From NCBI GenBank assembly GCA_002104905.1, contig MCFE01000074.1:1-64000 (forward strand): 64,000 nucleotides of DNA, given 5' to 3'. The first letter of the stretch is position 1. Every line of letters begins with the position of its first letter. Made by a program: the position numbers and the translations under genes. Below the pieces are notes generated by a model. That model saw nothing but the letters and a program-made list of their open reading frames with translations, did no database searches and was not told the origin of the DNA. Source of the stretch: Basidiobolus meristosporus CBS 931.73. Taxonomy: Eukaryota > Fungi > Basidiobolomycota. Of this stretch, positions 45,901 through 57,200 are shown one piece after another.

Positions 45901-48083
45901 TGCAATTCCAGGCTCTTGGTGATTGTTTGAGACCATATAGAGACTTTTTAAGCTTGCAGACCAAATGGGGGTTATCTCCCTGAGCTTAGACAGAGCTTCT
46001 TCCTTTCTCTCCATGAAGTAGACCCATGTGTATCTTGTATAATCATCAATAAAAGTGATTAAATACTTCATCCCGCCTAAGGATAAATTTTGCATAGGTC
46101 CACACAGATCTGAGTGAATTAGATCTAATTTTTTCTTAGTTTTGATTAACCCAGAGCTCTTGAACGGTTGTCTGGCTTGTTTCCCATATATTCAGGCTTC
46201 ACAGTACTCCAAAATAGCTGGGGGATCAATTTTCACTCCAGAAATTAGCTGATCTTTGATCATATTACGGAAATAATCAAAATTGATGTGTCCAAATCTC
46301 CTGTGCCAAAGCATTGGTGTTTCTTCATTTAAGTTACTTATATTGGCTTCCAGATATGATGGAATATAAGTCAACTTGTATAGGTTCTGATCTCTGATGC
46401 CCGAAGCAATATGAGCACCATTTTGATCAGTGATCCTGCATCCAGAATTGTCAAAACTGAAACTGAGTCCTTCTGCTGTGGCCTAGCTTACAGAGAGTAG
46501 GTTCTTGGCTATTTCTGGTACATAGAGTACTTCTTTAAAGGTCAGTGTATGGCTTCCTTCACTGCTTCTAAGGTTTGCTTGGATAGCTCCTTCTCCCACT
46601 GCATCAAGTGTTCTATTGTCACCCATGAAAACCTTCTTAATTGGAATTTCTTGATATTGGGTAAAAAGTTCTTTTTGGTGTGTAAAGTGTTGAGAAGCTC
46701 CAGAGTCAATATACCACGTCTGAGAATCCTTGTTTGTGGTCATATTTAGTGCAGATATGAATAATCTATCGTCAGTTGTTGCAGCATTTCCATATTCAGG
46801 CTTCTTTTGCTGATTATCTCTCTTTTTGAGACACTGGTCTGATGTGTGTCCTTTCCGTTTGCAGTAATTACAAAGCAGGTTGCTGTTGCCTTTGTAGGGT
46901 CTTGGGTACCTCCTTTGTTGGTTATCATTGCTTATTAAAGCATTTTCTTCTTCCTTCTTATTTGTGCTTGATTTTCTTAATTCTTCATCCAGGAGCCTTC
47001 CATATACGTAATTTAAGGTCAAATCTTCAGTTCTGTACTCTAGGGCTGATACAAGGCCCTGAAACTTGTCTGGCAGGCTATTCAGGATGGTAACTATCAC
47101 ATCCTCATCAGTAGTTGGTACGCCCACAGATTCCATCTCATCTACCAGCAGGGTAATTCTGTTAATTAGATTTTTCATTTCTTCTCCTGGCAGCATCTTT
47201 GTAGTAAAGAATTTTCTTCTCAGATACATTTTCTTGGCAGCTGAACATGACTGGTAGGTGTCTTCTAATGCCTTCCGGGCATTCTTTGCCGTTTTTGCTC
47301 TTGAGCATTGAATTAGCAATTTGTCCTTGACATTAAGGCAAATGCAGTTAAAGGCACTTTGTTCTTTCTTCTGGTACTTTAAGGCTTCCTCTCCCACGTT
47401 TTTAGGAGGGCATTCTTCTCCCATGACAATATCCCAAAGGCCTCTTTCTTGCAGCAGCATCTTCATCTTCACCTTCGACACTTGGTGGTTAGATCCATCC
47501 AACTTTTCAGCAGAGGGAAAAATTCCAGTGATAGCAGTAGTAGACATTGCAGAGAGTGACAGCTTGGGGCTCATAACCTGTTGTAAGAGTCTTGGAGATA
47601 TTGGAAGTGATTTGGAGAACAAGTAGATTATGTGGTTTTCACTTAATTATTTATTGAATGTAAAAGTAGTATTTATACTTTTACATGGTCTTGGCATTAC
47701 AAACACGTAGAATAGGTTAAGGAAGGTCCCAAGAACATGTGTGCAAAGTTTGGGGCTGTTTGGACAACTTTGAGAATTTTCATGTTCTGGGTACCTAGTA
47801 TTTTGGTGAAAATATTCTAAGTAAATCCCAACAAGGAATTTGGTCAGTATTCTCTAGGATTTGAAGGTGGTGATCTAAGTGACTAAGTTAGGTGAATATT
47901 TAGGTGGAAAATACGAATTTTTACAACACTTGGGACCTTCCTTAACCTATTCTACGTGTTTGTAATGCCAAGACCAGGTAAAAGTATAAATACTACTTTT
48001 ACATTCAATAAATCATTAAGTGAAAACCACATAATCTACTTGTTCTCCAAATCACTTCCAATATCTCCAAGACTCTTACAGCA
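39926..48083 (+). mobile_element. Ty1/copia element E1: 5'LTR 39926-40274, PBS 40275-40286, gag-pol 40279-44248 with stops/frameshifts, 3'LTR 44260-44458 + 47929-48083 split by E2
   Basis: LTR TGTTGTAA..TTACAACA; PBS GGTTATGAGCCC; CCHC knuckle CNYCKRKGHTSDRC; protease WYIDSGASQH; LWHRRFGH; integrase RSDNGGEY..PQQNGVAE; RT YVDDL; RNase H DADW/EAEY/DIFTK in copia order; PPT TGAGTGGGAG. Confidence 0.95.
44459..47928 (-). mobile_element. Ty1/copia element E2, inverted, internally deleted, inserted in E1's 3'LTR with 5-bp TSD CTTGG
   Basis: LTRs at 47579-47928 and 44459-44807; TSD CTTGG at 44454-44458 and 47929-47933. A deletion junction near 45977 fuses the integrase N-half (EALSKLRE) to RT (DNPHLVCK). 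Confidence 0.93.
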
Positions 48084-48281
48084 GGTTATGAGCCCCGAGC
48101 TGTCACTCTTACAACAATAGCAACCTGGTTTGTAACTACTGCAAAAGGAAAAGACACACATCAGACCAGTGCTTTAAAAAGAGAGATATTCAGCAGAAAA
48201 AGCCTGAATATGGAAATACTGCAACAACCAAGGATAGACTATTAATATCTGCACTAAATATGACCACAGACAAGGATTCTC
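48084..48281 (+). mobile_element. Truncated copia internal fragment (PBS plus zinc-knuckle remnant) between shared LTRs
   Basis: GGTTATGAGCCCC directly after the E1 3'LTR, then deletion-joined to aactactgcaaaaggaaaagacacacatcagac..caaggattctc. Confidence 0.75.
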
Positions 48282-51200
48282 TGTTGTAGAAATTTGTATT
48301 TCCACCTAAATATTCACCTAACTTAGTCACTTAGATCATTACCTTCATATCCTAGAGAATACTGACCAAATTCCTTGTCAGAATTTACTTAGAATATTCT
48401 CACCAAAATACCAGGTACCCAGAACATGATAATTCTCAAAGTTGTCCAAACAGCCCCAAACTTTGCACACCTGTTCTTGGGACCTTCCTTAACCTATTCT
48501 ACGTGTTTGTAGTGCCAAGACCATGTAAAAGTATAAATACTACTTTTACATTCAATAAATCATTAAGTGAAAACCACATAATCTACTTGTCCTCCCAATC
48601 ACTTCCAATATCTCCAAGACTCCTACAACAGGTTATGAGCCCCAAGTTGTCACTCTCTGCAATGTCTACTACTGCTATCACTGGAATTTTTCCCTCTGCT
48701 GAAAAGTTGGATGGATCTAACTACCAAGTGTGGAAGGTGAAGATGAAGATGCTGCTACAAGAAAGAGGCATTTGGGATATTGTCTTGGGAGAAGAATGCC
48801 CTCCTAAAAACATGGGAGAGGAAACCTTAAAGTACCAGAAGAAAGAACAAAGTGCCTTTAACTGCATTTGCCTTAATGTTAAAGACAAATTGCTAATTCA
48901 ATGCTCAAGAGCAAAAACGGCAAAGAATGCCTGGAAAGCATTAGAAGTCACCTACCAGTCATGTTCAGCTGCCAAGAATATGTATCTGAGGCAAAAACTC
49001 TTTACTACAAAGATGCTGCCAGGAGAAGAAATGAAAAATCTAATTTACAGAATTACCCTGCTGGTAGATGAGATGGAATCTGTGGGTGTACCAACTACTG
49101 ATGAGGATGAGATAGTTACCATCCTGAATAGCCTGCCAGACATGTTTCAGGGCCTTGTATCAGCCCTAGAGTCCAGAACTGAAGATTTGACCTTAAACTA
49201 CGTTTATGGAAGGCTCCTGGATGAAGATTAAGAAAATCAAGCACAAATAAGAAGGAAGAAGAAAATGCTTTAATAAGCAATGATAACCAACAAAGGAGGT
49301 ACCCAAGACCCTACAAAGGCAACAGCAACCTGTTTTGCAACTACTGCAAAAGGAAAGGACACACATCAGACCGGTGTCTCAAAAAGAGAGATTATCAGCA
49401 GAAGAAGCCTGAATATGGAAATGCTACAACAACTGAAGATAGACTATTCATATCTGATCTAAATATGACCACAAACAAGGATTCTCAGATGTAATATATT
49501 GACTCTGGAGCTTCTCAACACTTTACACACCAAAAAGAACTTTTTACCCAATATCAAGAAATTCCAATTAAGAAGGTTTTCATGGGTGACAATAGAACAC
49601 TTGATGCAGTGGGAGAAGTAACTATCCAAGCAAACCTTAGAAGCAGTGAAGGAAGCCATACACTGACCTTTAAAGAAGTACTCTATGTACCAGAAATAGC
49701 CAAGAACCTACTCTCTGTAAGCAAGGCCACAGCAGAAGGACTCCGTTTCAGTTTTGACAATTCAGGATGCAAGATCAATGGTCAAAATGGTGCTCATATT
49801 GCTTCAGGTATCAGAGATCAGAACCTATACAAGTTGACTTATATTCCATCATATTTGGAAGGCAATATAAGTGACTTAAGCAAAGAAACACCAATGCTTT
49901 GGCACAGAAGATTTGGGCACATCAATTTGGATTATTTGTGCAAAATGATCAAAGATCAGCTAATTTCTGAAGTGAAAATTGATCCCCCAGCTAATTTGGA
50001 GCACTGTGAAGCCTGCATATATGGGAAACAAGCCAGAAAACTGTTCAAGAGCTCTGGGTTAATCAAAACTAAGAAAAAATTAGATCTAATTCAGCCAGAA
50101 CTGTGAGGACCTATGCAAAATTTATCCTTTGGTGGGATGATGTATTTAATCACTTTTATTGATGATTATACAAGATACACATGGGTCTACTTCATGGAGA
50201 GAAGGGAAGAAGCTCTGTCTAAGTTCAGGGAGTTTAAAGCCATGGTGGAGAGAGGAACTAGTGAAAAATCAAGAAAATATGCTCTGACAATGGTGAAGAG
50301 TATACCTCAAAACTCTTCATCCACTTCCACAAAATTCATGGAATAAAGCAAGAGCCTACTGTACCATACTCCCCACAACAAAATGGAGTAGCAGAATGTG
50401 CTAACAGATCAATAATAGATATGGCAAGATCTATGATCTATGGTCAAAAATTACCCTGTGATTTTTGGGTGGAATCAGTTGCCACTGCTGTATATCTTAA
50501 AAATAGGACTTATAGCAGAATATTTTGTGATTATACTCCATATGAAGCATGGTATGGATACAGGCCAAGTGCAGAACATCTAAGAATAGTTAGGTGTATA
50601 GCATATGCCAAAAAACTGGCCAGAAATCAGTCAAAATTTGAGCCAAAAAGTGTAAAATGCATATTTTTGGGCTACTGCAATGAATGTAAGGCATACAGAC
50701 TCTACAATACCAAAGCAAAGAAGCTGATCAAGTCTAGGGATTTGTTGTTTGATGCAAATTCAAAATTTTCACAAAAAATGACATCAGATGATGATGAAAA
50801 TTTGAACTCAAGTCCACCAATTGTCAGGATTGAATCAGAGCAAATCAATGAAAGTTTTTTTAACTCCAGAGGACTCTGCAACTGTGGCTCAACCAGAATC
50901 AGTGCTCAGGAATATTCCAGAGGTGATCATTCCAGTATCAAATGCCCAGAGATCCCATTGGACAAGAAATAGCCCAAATTACTATATCAATGAGGGTACA
51001 AACTTAGCCTATGCCTATTCATTCCAAATTGATGAGCCCCAGACTGTAAAAGAGGCCCTAAATAGCCCTCAGACAAAGTTTTGGAGATCTGCAATGACTG
51101 AGGAATATCATGCCCTGATGGAAAATCAAACTTGGGACTTAGTCAAATTACCAATCAACCAAAAATCAATTGGATGCAGATGGGTCTTTAAGACTAAGTA

Positions 51201-54200
51201 CAAGGCTGATGGTACAATTGAACAATACAAAGCAAGACTTGTAGCCAAAGGAAACTCTCAAACAAAAGGACTTGACTATACTGTGACCTTTGCACTGGTA
51301 GCCAAGTTTAATTCCATCAGATTAATATTGGCTATTGCAGCCAAATATAAGTTTTTTATTCATCAAAGGGATGTAAAAACTGCATTTTTGAATGGAGAAC
51401 TTGATGAGGACATGTATATGGACCAGCCTGATAGGTTTGCTGACCAAGATAACCCCCATTTGGTCTGCAAGATCAAAAGTCACTATATGGTCTCAAACAA
51501 TCACCAAGAGCCTGGAATTGCAAGATAGATTTGTATTTGGAATCTTTGAGTTTGAAAAGGAGTAATGCTGACTATAGTATATACTATAAGCCAGATAGAG
51601 CAAATCCAGCTCTATTAGCTCTATATGTGGATGATCTTATTATAGACACCAATAACCTAGAAACATTGGAAGAGACTAAATCCATCCTATCTAAGGAGTT
51701 CAAGATGTCCAATCTAGGAGAACTTAGTTACTACTTAGGGATTGAGTTCTCCATAGACAGAAGTACCCAGACTATCACCCTAAGTCAATCCAAGTATATT
51801 CAAGATATACTAAAGAAGTACCAAATGGAAGACTGTAAACCAGCAGCTACCCCAATGGAGACAAACCTTAACTTGGTCAAAACTCAACCAAATCAATAGA
51901 GCTTGGTGCCATCTGAAGGCCCTGACTTTCCTTATCAATCTATGGTCAGCAGTCTGATGTATATCAGGCTTGGAACTGTTGTGTTGTATTATGATTAGTT
52001 TGGGGCTTGTTCTACAATGTAGAGGCTAATCAACAATATACAACAACTTCCAGTATGCTAATACTGAAATAGTTTATTGGGAGTTTGATATACCAATAGA
52101 AGATATAACTTTCACTAATTTCCTCAATCTTGGGCTCAAAATATACTGTAGGCAGTGTTTATCACTTCTACAGCAGTGTTCAGACCTTCTGTCAACTAAT
52201 GGGCTTATTTACTTTTATAGTAACTTTTCCTTATTTGGAAGTCACTTTCCTTTCTGAGAAAATATTTCCTAATATGGAAATTCTGAACTCCCCTTTAACC
52301 TAAAGGGGTGTGTTGTAGAAGTCTCTAAAGGGGTCTTTAGACCTAAAGGGGTGTCTAAAGGGGTGTCTTTAGAGTAAAAGAGCTTCTTGTAGTGGTCTCT
52401 AACATGGACTTTACACTAAAGGGGTGCCTAAAGGGGCTTCTTTAGAGTAATGGGGTTTCTTAAGTGGGTCTCTAAAGGGGTCTTTAGACTAAAGGGGTGT
52501 CTAAAGGGGTGTCTTTAGAGTAAAGGGGTTTCTTAGAGGGGACTTTTCCAACAGAAAAGCGGTAGTTTCTTGTAGAACTTAGATTGGATTCTTGTGAGCT
52601 TTGCAGCCTCTTTACTGATGTAGTACCGATCAAAGTCAGAATACTCAACAGTGCAAGTGATGCAGGGGAAGTCTTATAACCTTTAAACTTGTAATCATAG
52701 TGTGGAGATTCTGGAAAGAGAGGCTCCCTCTTTATTTTTCTGCTGGGGAAGTCATATATATGAAAATTTTGAAGGATCAAAGTTTTTGGGCGATTGCGCA
52801 AGTAATACACCTGATACAAATCTAAAATTTTGCAGTGGCGCAGATTGGACATAGGCGCAGCACCTGTGAAAATTTCACGTGATTTGATTGGCTGGTTCAA
52901 AAGTTACACGCGATTAAAGTCACCATAGTAATCCTAGCAATAAGGTATAGTATATATAATAGTTGGACTCTTTTGGTCATAACTCCTTAAGTACTGCTTC
53001 AAATGAGCTGTAATTTGAAACATGTGTTGGCTACTATGTGTTCTGTATGACATAATATTCTTGGGTGGATTGCCTGTCAGGGTCTGCAGCATTTGTTCAT
53101 CAAAGTTGGAAATTCTTGATCTTTCACTTGTGTGTTACAATAGCAAAAAGCAAAATAAAGAAATGAGTGCAATATTGGTTTAGAGATATTGTAGTAGTGG
53201 AATACTTTCCATTACCACAGAACATGTCCAGATATCTCAGATTCAGTGGGAGTTGTCAGCCAACATAATCAGAACTATGGATCTGATCATATTGCAGCAG
53301 TTTAGCGGATTTTTAGATACCTAAAAGGAACTGCTGATAACTGCTTAAGATACACTTACAAGGACTCAGAGCAGGATCTTGTGGGATACTCTGATGCTGA
53401 TTAGGGACGAAATTTAGAAGACAGAAGATCCACCACAGGATACACCTTTCTTTACTGTAAAGGAGCAATTTCATGGAATTTAAGAAAGCAACCAACCATA
53501 GCACTTTCCACCACAGAGGCAGAGTATATGGCAGCCTGTGAAGCTACAAAAGAAGCAATGTGGTTAAGAAAACCTTTTACAGATTTAGGCCTATGCCAAA
53601 AAACACCTATTACTTTATTTCAAGATAATCAAGGATGTATACAATTAGGTAGAAATCCAACTTTTCATGCTAGAACCAAGCACATAGATATTAGTCATCT
53701 TATCATACGTGAACCTATAGAGAAAGACTTAGCTAGCTTAGTTTACTGTCCTACAGATGAAATGATTGCAGACATATTTACCAAACCATTAGCTAGAGAC
53801 AAGCTTGAATATCTTAGGTCAAAATTAGGACTAGTCAGTATGAACATTTAGCTGAGAGGGAGTGTTGTAAAAATTTGTATTTCCACCTAAATATTCACCT
53901 AACTTAGTCACTTAGATCATCACCTTCAAATCCTAGAGAATACTGATCAAATTCCTTGTTGGGATTTACTTAGAATATTTTCACCAAAATATCAGGTACC
54001 CAGAACATCAAAATTCTCAAAGTTGTCCAAGCAGCCCCATACTTTGCACACATGTTCCTGGGACATTCCCTAACCTATTCTCTATGTTTGTATGCCAAGA
54101 CCAGGTAAAAGTATAAATACTACTTTTATATTCAATAAGTCATTAAGTGAAACCCACATAATCTACTTGTCCTCCCAATCACTTCCAATATCTCCAAGAC

Positions 54201-54210
54201 TCTTAAAACA
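48282..54210 (+). mobile_element. Ty1/copia element E3 (LTRs 48282-48630 and 53863-54210), degenerate, interrupted by insertion X1
   Basis: Same family as E1, with PBS at 48631, multiple stops and frameshifts, and PPT TGAGAGGGAG. Confidence 0.92.
51977..53219. mobile_element. Insertion X1: 1243-bp TG..CA element with 4-bp TSD GAAC, probable solo LTR of another (Ty3/gypsy-like) family
   Basis: Splits the RT sequence ttggaac|atgtccaga; ends TGTTGTGTTG..ATTACCACA; GAAC on both sides; internal AAAGGGG tandem repeats; no transposase-like ORF. Confidence 0.75.
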
Positions 54211-57200
54211 GGCTATGAGCCCCAAGCTGTCACTCTCTGCAATGTCTACTGCTGCTATTATTGGAATTTTTCCCTCTGCTGAAAAGTTGGATGGATCTAA
54301 CTACCAAGTATGGAAGGTGAAGATGAAGATGCTGCTACAAGAAAGAGGCCTTTGGGATATTGTCATGGGAGAAAAATGCCCTCCTAAGAACATGGGAGAG
54401 GAAGCCTTAAAGTACCAGAAGAAAGAACAAAGTGCCTTTAACTGCATTTGCCTTAATGTTAAAGACAAATTGCTAATTCAATGCTGAAGAGCAAAAACGG
54501 CAAAGAATGCCTGGAAGGCAGTAGATGACACCTACCAGTCATGTTCAGCTGCCAAGAAAATGTATCTGAGATGAAAATTCTTTACTACAAAGATGCTGCC
54601 AGGAGAAGAAATGAAAAATCTAATTAACAGAATTACCCTGCTGGTAGATGAGATGGAATCTGTGGGTGTACCAACTACTGATGAGGATGTGATAGTTACC
54701 ATCCTGAATAGCCTGCCAGACATGTTTCAGGGCCTTGTATCAGCCCTAGAGTCCAGAACTGAAGATTTGACCTTAAACTACCTATATGGAAGGCTCCTGG
54801 ATGAAGAATTAAGAAAATCAAGCACAAATAAGAAGGAAGAAGAAAATGCTATAATAAGCAGTGATAACCAACAAAAGAGGTACCCAAGACCCTACAAAGT
54901 CAACAGCAACCTGTTTGTAACTGCCGCAAAAGGAAAGGACACACATTAGACCAGTGTCTCAAAAAGAGAGATTATCAGCAAAAGAAGCCTGAATATGGAA
55001 ATGCTATAAGAACTGAAGATAGGCTATTCATATCTGCACTAAATGTGACCACAGACAAGGATTCTCAGATGTGGTATATTGACTCTGGAGCGTCTCAGCA
55101 CTTTACACTCCAAAAAGAACTCTTTACCCAATATCAAGAAATTCCAATTAAGAAGGTTTTCATAAGCAACAATAGAACATTTGATGCAGTGGGAGAAGGA
55201 ACTATCAAAGTTAACCTTAGAAGCAGTGAAGGAAGCCATACACTGACCTTTAAAGAAGTACTCTATGTACCAGAAATAGCCAAGAAACTACTATCTGTGA
55301 GCAAGACCACTGCAGGAGGACTCAGTTTCAGTTTTGACAGTTCTGGATGCAAGATCACTGATCAAAATGGTGCCCATATTGCTTCAGGTATCAGAGATCA
55401 GAACCTATACAAGTTGATTTATATTCCATCATATTTGGAAGCCAATATAAGTAACTTAAATGAAGAAACACCAATGCTTTGGCACAGGAGATTTGGACAC
55501 ATCAATTTTGATTATTTGCGTAATATGATCAAAGATCAGCTAATTTCTGGAGTGAAAATTGATCCCCCAGCTATTTTGGAGCACTGTGAAGCCTGCATAT
55601 ATGGGAAACAAGCCAGACAACCGTTCAAGAGCTCTGGGTTAATCAAAACTAAGAAAAAATAGATCTAATTCACTCAGTTCTGTGAGGACCTATGCAAAAT
55701 TTATATATATACACTTTTATGGATGATTATACAAGATACACATGGGTCTACTTCATGGAGAGAAAGGAAGACGCTCTGTCTAAGTTCAGGGAGTTTAAAG
55801 CCATGGTGGAGAGAGAAACTGGTGAAAAAATCAAGAAAATACGCTCTGACAATGGTGGAGAATATACCTCAAAACTCTTCATCCACTTCTGCAAGATTCA
55901 TGTGATAAGGCAAGAGACTACTGTACCATACTCCCCACAGCAAAATGGAGTAGCAGAACAAGCTAACAGATCAATAATTGATATGACAAGATCTATGATC
56001 TATGATCAAAAGTTATCCTATGATTTTTGGGCGGAATCAGTTGCCACTGCTGTATACCTTAAAAATAGGAGTTATAACAGAATACTTTGTGATTTTACTC
56101 CATTTGAAGCATGGTATGGATTCAGACCAAGTGCAAAACATCTAAGAATATTTGGGTTTATAGCATATGCAAAAAAAACTGGCTGGAAATCAGTCAAAAT
56201 TTGAGCCAAAAAGTGTAAAATGTCCATTTTTGGGCTGCTGCAATGAGAGTAAGGCATACAGACTCTAAAATACCAAAGCAAAGAAGCTGATCAAGTCCAG
56301 GGATGCGTTGTTTGATGAAAATTCAAAATTTTCACAAAAAATGACACCAGATGTATTGTGTTGAATTATGATTAGTTTGGGGCTTGTTCTACAATGTAGA
56401 GGCTAATCAACAATATACAACAACTTCCAGTATGCTAATACTGAAATAGTTTATTGGGAGTTTGATATACTGATAGAAGATATAACTTTCACTAATTTCC
56501 TCAATCTTGGGCTCAAAATATACTGTAGGCAGTGTTTATCACCTCTACAGCAGTGTTCTGACCTTCTGTCAACTAATGGGCTTATTTACTTTTATAGTAA
56601 CTATTCCTTATTTGGAAGTCACTTTCCTTTCTGAGAAAATATTTCCTAATATGGAAATTCTGAACTCCCCTTTAACCTAAAGGGGTGTGTTGTAGAAGTC
56701 TCTAAAGGGGTCTTTAGACCTAAAGGGGTGTCTAAAGGGGTGTCTTTAGAGTAAAGGGGTTTCTTAGAGGGGACTTTTCCAACAGAAAAGTGGTAGTTTC
56801 TTGTAGAACTTAGATTGGATTCTTGTGAGCTTTGCAGTCTCTTTACTGATGTAGTACCAATCAAAGTCAGAATACTCAACAGTGCAAGTGATGCAGGGGA
56901 AGTCTTATAACCTTTAAACTTGTAATTGTAGTGTGGAGACTCTGGAAAGAGAGGCTCTCCCTTTATTTTTCAGCTGGGGAAGTTATATATATGAAAATTT
57001 TGAAGGATCAAAGTTTTTGGGCAATTGCGCAAGCAATACACGTGATACAAAGCTAAAATTTTGCAGTGGCACAGATCGGACATAGGCGCAGCACCTGTGA
57101 TAATTTTACGTGATTTGATTGGCTGGTTCAAAGGTTACACGCAATCAAAGTCACCATAGTAATCCTAGCAATAAGGCATAGTATATATAATAGTTGGACT

